A program made the translations under genes and the position numbers. DNA of 64,000 nt, taken from assembly GCA_026708565.1 (NCBI GenBank), contig JAPOUR010000002.1:49131-113130 (forward strand), written 5' to 3'. Below are positions 43,454 through 52,241 of this stretch, one piece after another. Source of the stretch: Candidatus Dadabacteria bacterium (GTDB lineage Bacteria; Desulfobacterota_D; UBA1144; Nemesobacterales; Mycalebacteriaceae). The first letter of the stretch is position 1. Each line of letters starts with the position of its first letter. Under the pieces are notes generated by a model. The model worked only from the letters and a program-made list of their open reading frames with translations, had not been told where the DNA came from and did no database searches.

Positions 43454-44093
43454 CGGCGGATATACGCGCTTGTTCGGCGTTCCTGAACTTGGTGCGCTGA
43501 TTTCGCAAGTTCATTCCACAAGCATATCGGCAGGAAGGGAACTTGAGAGTATCATCCTTGAGCGTTCCCGCACAATCTCTGACCTTGATGCCTTCCTTGC
43601 TCAAGACATCATTACTGCGGGCGTCTCTGTTGCCTCAAAAGAGGCAATCAAGCAATGCGAGACAATAGATTACCCCGGAGCAGAGCCGGACTTTATGATC
43701 TTCCGGCGCAAGGGAACAGCTCAGGAATGTCTTGTTCTTGAACTCAAAGACGGAGATGCTTTTGACACAAAGAAAGCCGCCGGGGAACGCGCAAACCTTC
43801 ATAGGTTCATCCAGTATCTCGGAACGCGCATTCCTTGGACTGTTGACATGCGCTTTTGTTGCTTCAATCAGCCAGACAAAGACAAAATCCGCGCGGGGTT
43901 CAAAAACAAAATCAGCGAGGCCCAAGCAATGACCGGCTCTGAACTTTGCGGTCTTCTCAATCTTGACTACGCAGAAATCGTGAGAGAGCGGGAAAAAGAC
44001 CAGCCAGAAAACCTTACTGTCTTTGTTGAAAAACTCCTAGGTATTGAGGCGGTCAAATCGGAGATTGTAAAGAGTGGCAACTTTAATACATGA
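43416..44093 (+). CDS. putative PD-(D/E)xK nuclease (restriction endonuclease candidate)
   Basis: GAEPDFMIFRRKGTAQECLVLELKDG provides a PD...ExK arrangement. It lies immediately downstream of, and overlapping, the methyltransferase gene. There is no in-frame ATG near the 5' end, so the start is TTG at 43416 or TTG at 43470 (uncertain). Confidence 0.5.
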   Translation: MARLKKAKPGRTDGGYTRLFGVPELGALISQVHSTSISAGRELESIILERSRTISDLDAFLAQDIITAGVSVASKEAIKQCETIDYPGAEPDFMIFRRKGTAQECLVLELKDGDAFDTKKAAGERANLHRFIQYLGTRIPWTVDMRFCCFNQPDKDKIRAGFKNKISEAQAMTGSELCGLLNLDYAEIVREREKDQPENLTVFVEKLLGIEAVKSEIVKSGNFNT

Positions 44094-44136
44094 TTCCCAG
44101 TTTCGTAATCCAGTAACAATCTCTTATTCCCCCTCA

Positions 44137-44889
44137 TCAATTCACATACTCAAACTGCGGATAAACAAAACTCCCCTTCATCCACACCGCCCATGTGGGG
44201 TCGGCTATCGGTTTCAGTCTGTGCAACGGATGCCCTTCGGGCGCGGTTATCTCTATCTTCGGGTCGCTTATAGCCCTTGTTGAGCCGAGATAGGGAATAG
44301 GGTGTTTCACCACCCTGCCGTTTTTCAGCCCGAAATAGTTCAAATGCCCGCTTTCAGGGTTTTTAAGCCTTCTGCTTTTCAACTTCGCCTCGGCCTTTAT
44401 CAGCCGCTTGCCGCCTATTCTGAGGGACGCTTTCACCTTTCCGCCCCTTACATAAGCCGCCGTCCTGCCCGCCTCGGCGGGAATGCCCGCGCTCTCGGCA
44501 AACTTCCTCATCTTCGGTGAACTGTTGAAATAGTGGACGAAATACCTGCCCGGATAGCCGTTTTCCCTGTCCATTACATAGGAGTCATGCCCGTCTATCT
44601 CAATGGCAAGATATGTGAGATTGTAAGCCCCGAAGCCCGAAGTCTGCGTTTCCTCCGGCACGGTATACATGTTGATAAACACATGCCCGTTCGGATGCGG
44701 CTTGAGACCTCCGGGAAGAAGTTCCTCAAGGGCAACCGGGTCAGCCTTGTAGGCCGCCATGAACATCCACGCATCCTGAACAAGTTGCGGCGCCGGAAGA
44801 GGGTCGGGCGTTTTCCCCGCGCCCGCAATTGAAAGCGGAACGGCTACCGCCACCAGAACCGCTACAACAACTCTTTTCAAAAATCTCAT
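44137..44889 (-). CDS. secreted ADC-fold-like protein lacking the catalytic Lys-Lys
   Basis: ORF trimmed to the ATG at 44889. Signal peptide MRFLKRVVVAVLVAVAVPLSIAGA. The region RYFVHYFNSSPKMRKFAESAGIPAEAG aligns to ADC YLHMMYLDNEPAIAVGRELSAYPKKLG, but KK is replaced by AE. Confidence 0.45.
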   Translation of the reverse strand: MRFLKRVVVAVLVAVAVPLSIAGAGKTPDPLPAPQLVQDAWMFMAAYKADPVALEELLPGGLKPHPNGHVFINMYTVPEETQTSGFGAYNLTYLAIEIDGHDSYVMDRENGYPGRYFVHYFNSSPKMRKFAESAGIPAEAGRTAAYVRGGKVKASLRIGGKRLIKAEAKLKSRRLKNPESGHLNYFGLKNGRVVKHPIPYLGSTRAISDPKIEITAPEGHPLHRLKPIADPTWAVWMKGSFVYPQFEYVN

Positions 44890-44995
44890 GACACCGTCAC
44901 CTCCCAGTGAAACAATACGGCGGAAAGCGTAATACACGGCGCGCGTCCTTGCAACCCCGTTTGAATTGCCCCGGTCGCTGGGCTATTCTTTTTCA

Positions 44996-45559
44996 GTGGC
45001 GAAAAAGCGCATAACAAAGGTTTACACAAAGACGGGAGACGGCGGGGAGACCTCGCTTGTCGGCGGCATGCGGGCTTCCAAAGACTCCGCCAGAGTAGCC
45101 GCCTACGGCGATGTGGACGAGTTGAACTCATCCATAGGCGCGGCGCGCTCCTTCTGCTCCGATGAAGAGATTCTTTCGGTGCTTTCGGAGATTCAGAACG
45201 ACCTGTTTATTCTCGGCTCGGACCTGGCAAGCCCGCCCGGTGTGGACGCTCCCAGAATTGACGCCGCAAGAACGGAGAAACTGGAGGGATGGCTTGACCG
45301 TTTTCTTGAGACAATGGAGCCGCTGAAAGAGTTTATCCTTCCCGCGGGAACTCCGGCGGGGGCGGCCCTGCACCTTGCCCGCGCGGTGTGCAGGAGGGCG
45401 GAGAGAAGCGCGGTTTCACTGATGAAAAAGGAGAAAACCTCCCCCGATGCGGTCGTGTATCTCAACCGGCTGTCCGACCTGCTTTTTGTGCTTGCGCGCG
45501 CCTCAAACATCCGCGAAGGATTTGCCGAAGTTCCGGTTGACTTCGGCGCGAAACCTTGA
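44996..45559 (+). CDS. PduO-type ATP:cob(I)alamin adenosyltransferase
   Basis: (M)AKKRITKVYTKTGDGGETSLVGG...YGDVDELNSSIG...FILPAG...LHLARAVCRRAER. GTG start at 44996. Confidence 0.85.
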   Translation: MAKKRITKVYTKTGDGGETSLVGGMRASKDSARVAAYGDVDELNSSIGAARSFCSDEEILSVLSEIQNDLFILGSDLASPPGVDAPRIDAARTEKLEGWLDRFLETMEPLKEFILPAGTPAGAALHLARAVCRRAERSAVSLMKKEKTSPDAVVYLNRLSDLLFVLARASNIREGFAEVPVDFGAKP

Positions 45560-46227
45560 AACAAAGCGAGAAAGAACGGAAATTAGCCATAGTCCACCCG
45601 GTGATAGACGCCTATATGGATTCTCTCGCCGGGGGCGCGGCGTTTCCGCCGGAGGACGAAACCGTTTCCGAAATGGAGAATCTGGCGCGGGAAAGGGACT
45701 TCCCCATAGTGGGGCGGCTTGCGGGCAGGTTTCTTTTTCAGCAGGCGCTGATGCTCGGCGCGCGCAGGGTTTTTGAACTGGGCTCCGGCTTCGGGTATTC
45801 GGCCTACTGGTTTGCCAAGGCGGCGGGTCCCGGCGGCTCGGTTGTATGCACGGACAGGTCGGAGGAAAACGCGGCTTCCGCCGCGGAGTTTATGAAGAAA
45901 AGCGGCCTTGAAAAGATCGTGTCCTTCCGCGCGGGCGACGCGCTGCAAATCCTGTCGGAAACGCGGGGAACTTTTGACATAATTTTTTGCGATGCGGACA
46001 AGGAAAGTTATCCCGAAATGTTTGCCGCCGCGCGGGGCAGGGTTCGCAAGGGGGGGCTTTTTATTGCGGACAACGCCTTCTGGGACGGCAGGGCCGCCCG
46101 CCCGGACGGCGCGCCCGATTCCGAGGCCGTTGCGCGGTTCAACAAACTGGTCGCCGCCGACCCGGATTTTATGACGGTTCAAGTTCCCATAAGAGACGGC
46201 CTCTCGGTGAGCCTGCGGCTTCGTTAA
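45556..46227 (+). CDS. class I SAM-dependent O-methyltransferase (caffeoyl-CoA OMT-like, family 3)
   Basis: VFELGSGFGYSAYWFA (SAM motif I), FDIIFCDADKESYPEMF and GGLFIADNAFW. TTG start overlaps the upstream stop. Confidence 0.75.
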   Translation: MKQSEKERKLAIVHPVIDAYMDSLAGGAAFPPEDETVSEMENLARERDFPIVGRLAGRFLFQQALMLGARRVFELGSGFGYSAYWFAKAAGPGGSVVCTDRSEENAASAAEFMKKSGLEKIVSFRAGDALQILSETRGTFDIIFCDADKESYPEMFAAARGRVRKGGLFIADNAFWDGRAARPDGAPDSEAVARFNKLVAADPDFMTVQVPIRDGLSVSLRLR

Positions 46228-46231
46228 CACC

Positions 46232-48859
46232 ATGGCAACCGCGACACAGCAGCCGGACGGGCGCGCCAAACTGAAAAGTTTCTACCTCAGGGGCGCAAAG
46301 CGGATAGAGAAAAAACACCATTCCTTCGGGCCCGCAAACAGGTTTACGGCGGGCATAACGCTGGCGCGCGAAAGGGCCGCCCTTGCCGACTCTTTCATCA
46401 GGAAAGCGGCGGAGCTGCCGCCTTCCGCCCCGCGCGGGGTGGCGTTTGTCGCTCTGGGCGGATACGGCCGCGGAGACCTGTGCCCTTTTTCCGACATAGA
46501 CCTTCTCGTTCTGCACGAGCCGGGGCTTGAAGAGGAGGCGGCGGTCGCCGCCGAGGGGGTGTTTCATCCCCTGTGGGACATGAAAATTGACCTCGGCCAT
46601 GCGGTGAGAACCGTTGAAGACTGCGCGCTGCTCTGCAAAAAGGATTTCGTCACCTTCACCTCGCTTCTTGACTGCCGCTTTGTGGCGGGAGACCCGCGCC
46701 CGTATGAGGCGCTTGAGGCCGCCATTGCCAATGACCTTATGCCCGAACTGTCAAAGCGGTTCATAACGGAGAAGATAGCCGAGGCGGAAAAACGGAGGGA
46801 GAAGTTCGGAAGCTCGGTCTGGATGCTTGAGCCCAATGTGAAGGAGTCCGAAGGGGCGCAGAGAGACCTGAACACCATGCTGTGGATAGCGCAGGCAAAA
46901 TACAAGGTCAAAAGTTTTGAAGACCTGCTTGCCAAGGGGGTCTTGAGCGAAAAAGAGTTCCGGGTGACGATGAAGTGCATGAGTTTTCTGCTTCTTGTGC
47001 GCTCGCACCTTCACTACCTTGCGGGCAGAAAGCAGGACAGGCTGGCGTTTGACTGCCAGAGCGATGTGGCGCGGTTTTTCGGCTATCAGGACTCCTCAAT
47101 GAAGGCGGTTGAGAAGTTTATGAGGGTTTACTATCTCCGCGCGGGGCTTGTGAGCGAGCAGTTTCAGCGCACGCTTGAGAGGGTTGCGGCGAGTTACACG
47201 CCCGCCCGCAACACGGGAGCCCGCCATCTGGGGGGCGGGTTTACCGTGAGCGACGGCGTTTTGTCGGTTACGGGAAAGAACGTGTTCACAAAGACGCCGG
47301 AAAATCTGGTCAGGGCGTTTGAATACGCGGACAGGCACGGGGTTGAGATGAGCAGGTATCTGCGCGGCCTGATACGGGAGCGCGTCCCGCTTATGGACGA
47401 GGAGATGAGAAACAGCCCGGAGTTCAGCCGCATATTTACCGGCATTCTGAAAACCGGCAAAAACGTTTACAAAACCCTCTCCCTTATGAACCGCCTGCGG
47501 TTTCTCGCCCATTACATACCGGAATTCGGAAAGATAGTGTGCATGATGCGGCACAACGCCTACCACCTTTACACGGTGGACATCCATTCCCTGTTTCTTG
47601 TTGACGAGGTGGAGAAACTTTTCAACTACAGCCGCGAGCGGGAGTTTCCCCTGCTTACCAAGGTTGCCGAGTCCGTAATGTGCAGGGAGGTTTTATACCT
47701 CGCCTGCCTGTTTCACGACATCGGCAAGAGCGTCGTCGGCAAGGGGCACGAGCGCGCCGGGCGCGACATGGTGGGGAAGATTGCCCGCCGCCTCGGCCTC
47801 CCCCCGCGCGACCGCGACCTGCTGGAGTTCCTTGTGGAGAACCATCAGGTAATGTCGGATTTCTCCCAGAAGCAGGACATCAACGACACCGAACTGGTTT
47901 CAAACCTTGCCCGCCGGATAGGAGACGAGGAGCGGCTGTCTCTGCTTTACATCCTCACCTTCGCCGATTTAAGGTCGGTGGGCGGCGATGTGTGGAACAA
48001 CTGGAAGGGGATGCTGCTCAAAAACCTTTATTTCTCCCTGCTCAGGGTGTTTGAGTCCGGCAGGGTGGAGCGCTCCCCCTCCGCCGGGGCAAGAAAGAAG
48101 ACGGTGTGCGCCGAGATAGAACGCCTGTCCGGCGGAAAGGTCTCCGCCGGACAGGCGGCGGAAGCGATAGGCAAAATGCCCCCGTCCTACCTGTTCAACC
48201 ACTCGCCCGCCAGTATGGCAAAGCATCTGGAGATAATGGGAGCGCACCGGGGCGGCGTGTCAACGGGGGTGGTTCACCACGAGACCGAGGGTTATGACGA
48301 GTTTGTTTTCTGGGGAAAAGACCGCAAGCGGCTGTTCCGCACTCTTTGCGGCGTGATGAGCGCGAACGGGTTTAACATACTGGACGCGCGGGCGGAAAAC
48401 TCGCGCGAAGGCAATGTTCTGGACGTTATGTATGTCAGCAGGCCGGACGGCTCCGCCGTCGGCAGCCCGGAGTTGTGGGGCAAGGTTGAGGCCGACATAA
48501 AGAAAGCCCTTGCTGGAGCGCTTGACCTTGACGGCGAGATGAAAAAGCGGCGGCGGTTTGCCCTTGCGCAGAGAAAGACCGCCTCGTCCGCGCCTGCGGT
48601 CGTGTTTGACAACAGGTCTTCGGACAGGGCGACAATCGTTGAAGTGGTCGCGGACGACAGGGAGGGCGTACTCTACGACATTACAAGCGCGCTTGCGGAG
48701 GCGGGCGTCTCAATAACCTACGCGAAGGTGTCAACGCGTGCCGAGCAGGTTTTTGATGTTTTCTATGTGACGGGGCGCGGCGGGCGCAAGGTGGAAAGCC
48801 GGAGCGCTCTTGAGAAGATCAGGCGCTCCCTGCTTGCCCGTCTGGGGGAGGAGGGATGA
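46232..48859 (+). CDS. glnD: [protein-PII] uridylyltransferase/uridylyl-removing enzyme
   Basis: 875 aa. Nucleotidyltransferase motif ALGGYGRGDLCPFSDIDLLVL, HD domain LFHDIGK, and two C-terminal ACT domains. Confidence 0.9.
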   Translation: MATATQQPDGRAKLKSFYLRGAKRIEKKHHSFGPANRFTAGITLARERAALADSFIRKAAELPPSAPRGVAFVALGGYGRGDLCPFSDIDLLVLHEPGLEEEAAVAAEGVFHPLWDMKIDLGHAVRTVEDCALLCKKDFVTFTSLLDCRFVAGDPRPYEALEAAIANDLMPELSKRFITEKIAEAEKRREKFGSSVWMLEPNVKESEGAQRDLNTMLWIAQAKYKVKSFEDLLAKGVLSEKEFRVTMKCMSFLLLVRSHLHYLAGRKQDRLAFDCQSDVARFFGYQDSSMKAVEKFMRVYYLRAGLVSEQFQRTLERVAASYTPARNTGARHLGGGFTVSDGVLSVTGKNVFTKTPENLVRAFEYADRHGVEMSRYLRGLIRERVPLMDEEMRNSPEFSRIFTGILKTGKNVYKTLSLMNRLRFLAHYIPEFGKIVCMMRHNAYHLYTVDIHSLFLVDEVEKLFNYSREREFPLLTKVAESVMCREVLYLACLFHDIGKSVVGKGHERAGRDMVGKIARRLGLPPRDRDLLEFLVENHQVMSDFSQKQDINDTELVSNLARRIGDEERLSLLYILTFADLRSVGGDVWNNWKGMLLKNLYFSLLRVFESGRVERSPSAGARKKTVCAEIERLSGGKVSAGQAAEAIGKMPPSYLFNHSPASMAKHLEIMGAHRGGVSTGVVHHETEGYDEFVFWGKDRKRLFRTLCGVMSANGFNILDARAENSREGNVLDVMYVSRPDGSAVGSPELWGKVEADIKKALAGALDLDGEMKKRRRFALAQRKTASSAPAVVFDNRSSDRATIVEVVADDREGVLYDITSALAEAGVSITYAKVSTRAEQVFDVFYVTGRGGRKVESRSALEKIRRSLLARLGEEG

Positions 48860-50388
48860 GCGCGAAACCCTCGGACATTCTCGTCATAGGGAGCGGCCTT
48901 GCGGGGCTGTATGCGGCTTTCTGCGCGGCGGGGCGCGGGGCGCGGGTAACGGTTGTTACCCGGACCACTCTCAAGGAGAGCAATTCGTATTGGGCGCAGG
49001 GCGGAATTGCGGCGGCGGTTGACGCGGGCGACTCCACTTTTCTGCACAGGGATGACACCCTGAAGGCGGGTTGCGGCCTTTGCTCGGAGACGGCGGTTGA
49101 GGCGCTGGTGTGCGAGGGCAGGGAGAGGGTGATTGAGATGGCGGATTTCGGAATGGAGTTTGATGTTTCAGACCGGGGTTTTGACCTCGGCCTTGAGGGG
49201 GGCCATTCAAAGCGGCGGGTTCTGCATGCGGGCGGCGCGGCGACCGGCAGAAAAATGGTTGATTTTCTCATATCGTCCGTGTCGCGCTCGGAGAATGTAA
49301 CGATTATGGAGCAGACCGGGGTGGAGGGGCTTATGTATGCGGGCGGCAGTTGCCTCGGCGCGTGGGTTGTTCGCGGCGGAGAGCGCGGCGCGGCGCGGGC
49401 TCGCTCCACCATACTTGCCACGGGAGGGGCGGCGGCGCTTTTTGCCCGGACGACCAACCCCCGGTCGGCGAGGGGGGACGGCATTTCCATGGCTTATGAG
49501 GCGGGCGCGGAGATAATGGACATGGAGTTTGTGCAGTTTCACCCTACGGCGTTTCACTCTCCCGGCGGCGGCGCGAGTTTTCTCATATCCGAAGCCCTGA
49601 GGGGGGAGGGGGGCCGCCTTGTGAACGCAAGCGGCGAAAAGTTTATGGAGGGGGCGCACCCCCTCGGAGACCTTGCTCCCAGAGATGCGGTTTCAAAGGC
49701 GATACATCTGGAGACGGGCCGGGGGCCCGTTTACCTTGATTTGACCGGGGTTGACCCCGCCGTCATAAAAAACAGGTTTGCAGACATTCGCCGCATGTGC
49801 CTTGACAGCGGCGTTGACTGCCTCACGCAGCCCATACCGGTTGCCCCGGCGGCTCACTACACCATCGGCGGCGTCCGCACGGGGCTTTTCGGCGAGACCA
49901 GCCTTAAAGGTCTGTTCTGCTGCGGCGAGACCGCATGCACGGGCGTCCACGGCGCAAACCGCCTTGCGAGCAACTCGCTTCTTGAGTGCCTTGTTTTTTC
50001 AAGAAGGTCGGCGCTGGGCGCGCTTGAAAACGGCGGCACGGGTAGCCTTGCCTCCCCTGAGTCCGCCGCTCCTCCCCCCCTTCCGCGCGAAGAGGCCGCC
50101 GGAGACGGGACGCTTGCCGAAAAAGCCTCGGATATGTTAGGCGTTGTCCGGAGCGGAGAGAAGATAAGGGAGTTTGTCTCCGTCCTTGAGGGTGTTCTTG
50201 ACCGGACGGGCGGGCGGTCGCGCGCGGCGGGTCTTTATATGATGATGGCGCGCGCGGCGCTAATGAGGGAGGAGTCAAGGGGGGTTCACATACGGGAGGA
50301 TTTCCCCGAGACCGACCCCGCGCTTTGCCGCCACAGTATTTTCAGTAAGAATGCGGGCGGGCTGGTTCCCGGCTGGGAGGACTTGTGA
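48856..50388 (+). CDS. nadB: L-aspartate oxidase
   Basis: DILVIGSGLAGLYAA (FAD), AQGGIAA, HYTIGGV and TACTGVHGANRLASNSLLE. Confidence 0.95.
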   Translation: MSAKPSDILVIGSGLAGLYAAFCAAGRGARVTVVTRTTLKESNSYWAQGGIAAAVDAGDSTFLHRDDTLKAGCGLCSETAVEALVCEGRERVIEMADFGMEFDVSDRGFDLGLEGGHSKRRVLHAGGAATGRKMVDFLISSVSRSENVTIMEQTGVEGLMYAGGSCLGAWVVRGGERGAARARSTILATGGAAALFARTTNPRSARGDGISMAYEAGAEIMDMEFVQFHPTAFHSPGGGASFLISEALRGEGGRLVNASGEKFMEGAHPLGDLAPRDAVSKAIHLETGRGPVYLDLTGVDPAVIKNRFADIRRMCLDSGVDCLTQPIPVAPAAHYTIGGVRTGLFGETSLKGLFCCGETACTGVHGANRLASNSLLECLVFSRRSALGALENGGTGSLASPESAAPPPLPREEAAGDGTLAEKASDMLGVVRSGEKIREFVSVLEGVLDRTGGRSRAAGLYMMMARAALMREESRGVHIREDFPETDPALCRHSIFSKNAGGLVPGWEDL

Positions 50389-51260
50389 AGATTGAGAGAA
50401 AGCCGCCGGTTCTTGACCGGGAAAAGGTTGACGCCCTCATAGAGGCGGCCGTCCGGGAGGACATTGGCGGCGGGGACGTTACCACGGAGTTGTTGTTTGA
50501 AACCGATGTTGAGTGCGGCGCGGCGGTGCGCTCAAAGCAGCGCGGCATTCTTGCGGGTCTCGGTGTGGCAAAGACCGTTTTTGAGAAACTGGACAAAAAC
50601 CTTGCCTGGCGGTCGCGTGTGAAAGACGGGGACGCGCTGGAGGCCGGTGATGAAATCGTTTTCATAACCGGCTCACAGAGGCACATACTTTCGGGCGAGA
50701 GGCTCGCGCTCAACATCCTTCAGCGCATGAGCGGAATAGCCACTTTCACCTCCCGTTTTGTTGAGGCGGTGCGGGGAACAGGCGTAAGAATAATGGACAC
50801 CCGCAAGACGGCTCCGGGTTTGAGGGAACTTGAAAAATACGCCGTCCGCATGGGCGGCGGCGAAAACCACCGGTTCGGGCTTTATGACGGCATACTGATA
50901 AAAGACAACCATATTAAACTTGCCGGAGGGGTCGCCGGGGCTGTGTCAAAAGCGCGGCGGAGGGCGGAAGAGGCGGAGGAGAATTATGTTCGTTTCCCGC
51001 TTGAGGTGGAGGCGAAGGAACTCTCTCAGGTTACCGAGGCCGTTGCCGCCGGGGCGGATATTGTTATGCTGGACAATATGAGCGCGGAGCAGATGAAAGA
51101 GGCGGTCGCCCTTGCGAAGGGGAAGGTTCTGCTTGAGGCGTCGGGCGGGGTTACGCTTGAAAATGTGAGAGAGGTTGCTGAAACCGGCGTTGATATTATA
51201 TCGGTCGGGGCGCTCACACATTCCGCGCCCGCGCTGGATATCAGTTTGGATATGGTTTGA
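50385..51260 (+). CDS. nadC: nicotinate-nucleotide diphosphorylase (carboxylating)
   Basis: DIGGGDVTT, ERLALNILQRMSGIAT, DTRKTAPGLR, KDNH and MLDNM. GTG start overlaps the nadB stop. Confidence 0.95.
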   Translation: MKIERKPPVLDREKVDALIEAAVREDIGGGDVTTELLFETDVECGAAVRSKQRGILAGLGVAKTVFEKLDKNLAWRSRVKDGDALEAGDEIVFITGSQRHILSGERLALNILQRMSGIATFTSRFVEAVRGTGVRIMDTRKTAPGLRELEKYAVRMGGGENHRFGLYDGILIKDNHIKLAGGVAGAVSKARRRAEEAEENYVRFPLEVEAKELSQVTEAVAAGADIVMLDNMSAEQMKEAVALAKGKVLLEASGGVTLENVREVAETGVDIISVGALTHSAPALDISLDMV

Positions 51261-51268
51261 AGGCGGCT

Positions 51269-51306
51269 CCGCCCCCCGTTTGTGTGCTATAGTCAAATTG
51301 CAATGG
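51269..51306. repeat. junction repeat, copy 1 (hairpin tail + -10 box + start codon), imperfect
   Basis: ccgccccccgtttgtgtgctatagtcaaattgcaatgg versus ccgccccccgtttctatgctataatcaaaaccgcaatgg at 56188-56226. Shared blocks are ccgccccccgttt, tgctata, tcaaa and gcaatgg. Confidence 0.8.
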
Positions 51307-52238
51307 TTCGCAAAACATCGGCAAAATCAGAAACAGTTTTGATTACAGGCGGGGGCGGGCTTTTGGGAACCGCAACGCGAAGGGCTTTTGAAAACATCAA
51401 CTGGCCGGTGAAGACTCTTGACCTGCGCCCGTGCGACCTTGACGGGCATCCCGTGGATTGTATGAGTGACATAACCTCTAATGACCTTAATGCTTTGCTG
51501 AAAGGGGTTGCCGGAGTTGTTCACTTTGCCGCAGTGTCAAGGGTGTGTGATGCCGAGAGAAACCCTGAGGTATGTAGCCATGTCAATCTGTATGGCGTTT
51601 TGCGGTTGCTCAGGGCAGTGGCCGCGTCGGGTTGTCGGTGGTTTATTTTTGGCAGTAGCCGCGAGGTGTATGGAGAGCCCTCATTTTTTCCTGTTTGTGA
51701 AACGGCGGCATTAAGTCCGATAAACCACTACGGGCGGATAAAAGCGGAGGGGGAGCGTCTGGTAACGGAGTATTGTCGTAAAGACGGAGTGACTCATTCG
51801 GTTCTCAGATTCTCAAATGTTTACGGCCACCCCGGCGACCACCCCACCAGACTGCTCAACTCCTTTATCCGCAACGCCTTGGGCGGCAAGCCTCTGGAGA
51901 TTCACGGTGGCGGGCAGGTGTTTGATTTTACCCATGTAGAGGATGCGGCAAACGCTGTTGTCATGACCGCAAAACATCTTCACGGCGGTGGGGCTTCACT
52001 TCCGCCAATGCATGTTCTGCCGGGGGAGCCGACCGGCATAGAGGACCTTGCGGAACTTGTGCGGAAAACAGCGGGCGGCAACTCCGGCATTGTCTACGGG
52101 CGGGGCAGAGATTATGATGTCAGTCGCTTTTATGGCGACCCCTCGCTTATAAGGGAAAAACTGGGATTCTCCTGCAAAATCTTCATAGCGGAAGGGGTTA
52201 AGCTTGCCGTAAGAAGTTTTGAAAGGTGTTCGGGGTAA
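51303..52238 (+). CDS. NAD-dependent epimerase/dehydratase (SDR family)
   Basis: VLITGGGGLLG (Rossmann motif), FAAVSR and a YGRIK (YxxxK) catalytic motif. ATG at 51303 lies 9 nt after TATAGT. Confidence 0.8.
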   Translation: MVRKTSAKSETVLITGGGGLLGTATRRAFENINWPVKTLDLRPCDLDGHPVDCMSDITSNDLNALLKGVAGVVHFAAVSRVCDAERNPEVCSHVNLYGVLRLLRAVAASGCRWFIFGSSREVYGEPSFFPVCETAALSPINHYGRIKAEGERLVTEYCRKDGVTHSVLRFSNVYGHPGDHPTRLLNSFIRNALGGKPLEIHGGGQVFDFTHVEDAANAVVMTAKHLHGGGASLPPMHVLPGEPTGIEDLAELVRKTAGGNSGIVYGRGRDYDVSRFYGDPSLIREKLGFSCKIFIAEGVKLAVRSFERCSG

Positions 52239-52241
52239 AGG

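Larger units (their letters stand above)
40480..44136. other. AT-richer genomic island (FRG-TPR gene plus 4-gene methylase/nuclease operon)
   Basis: A sample line in the FRG gene gives ~40% GC; two sample lines in the methylase gene give ~42% and ~58%; the flanks are ~57-60%. All genes are on the + strand. No integrase, tRNA or terminal repeats seen. Confidence 0.6.
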
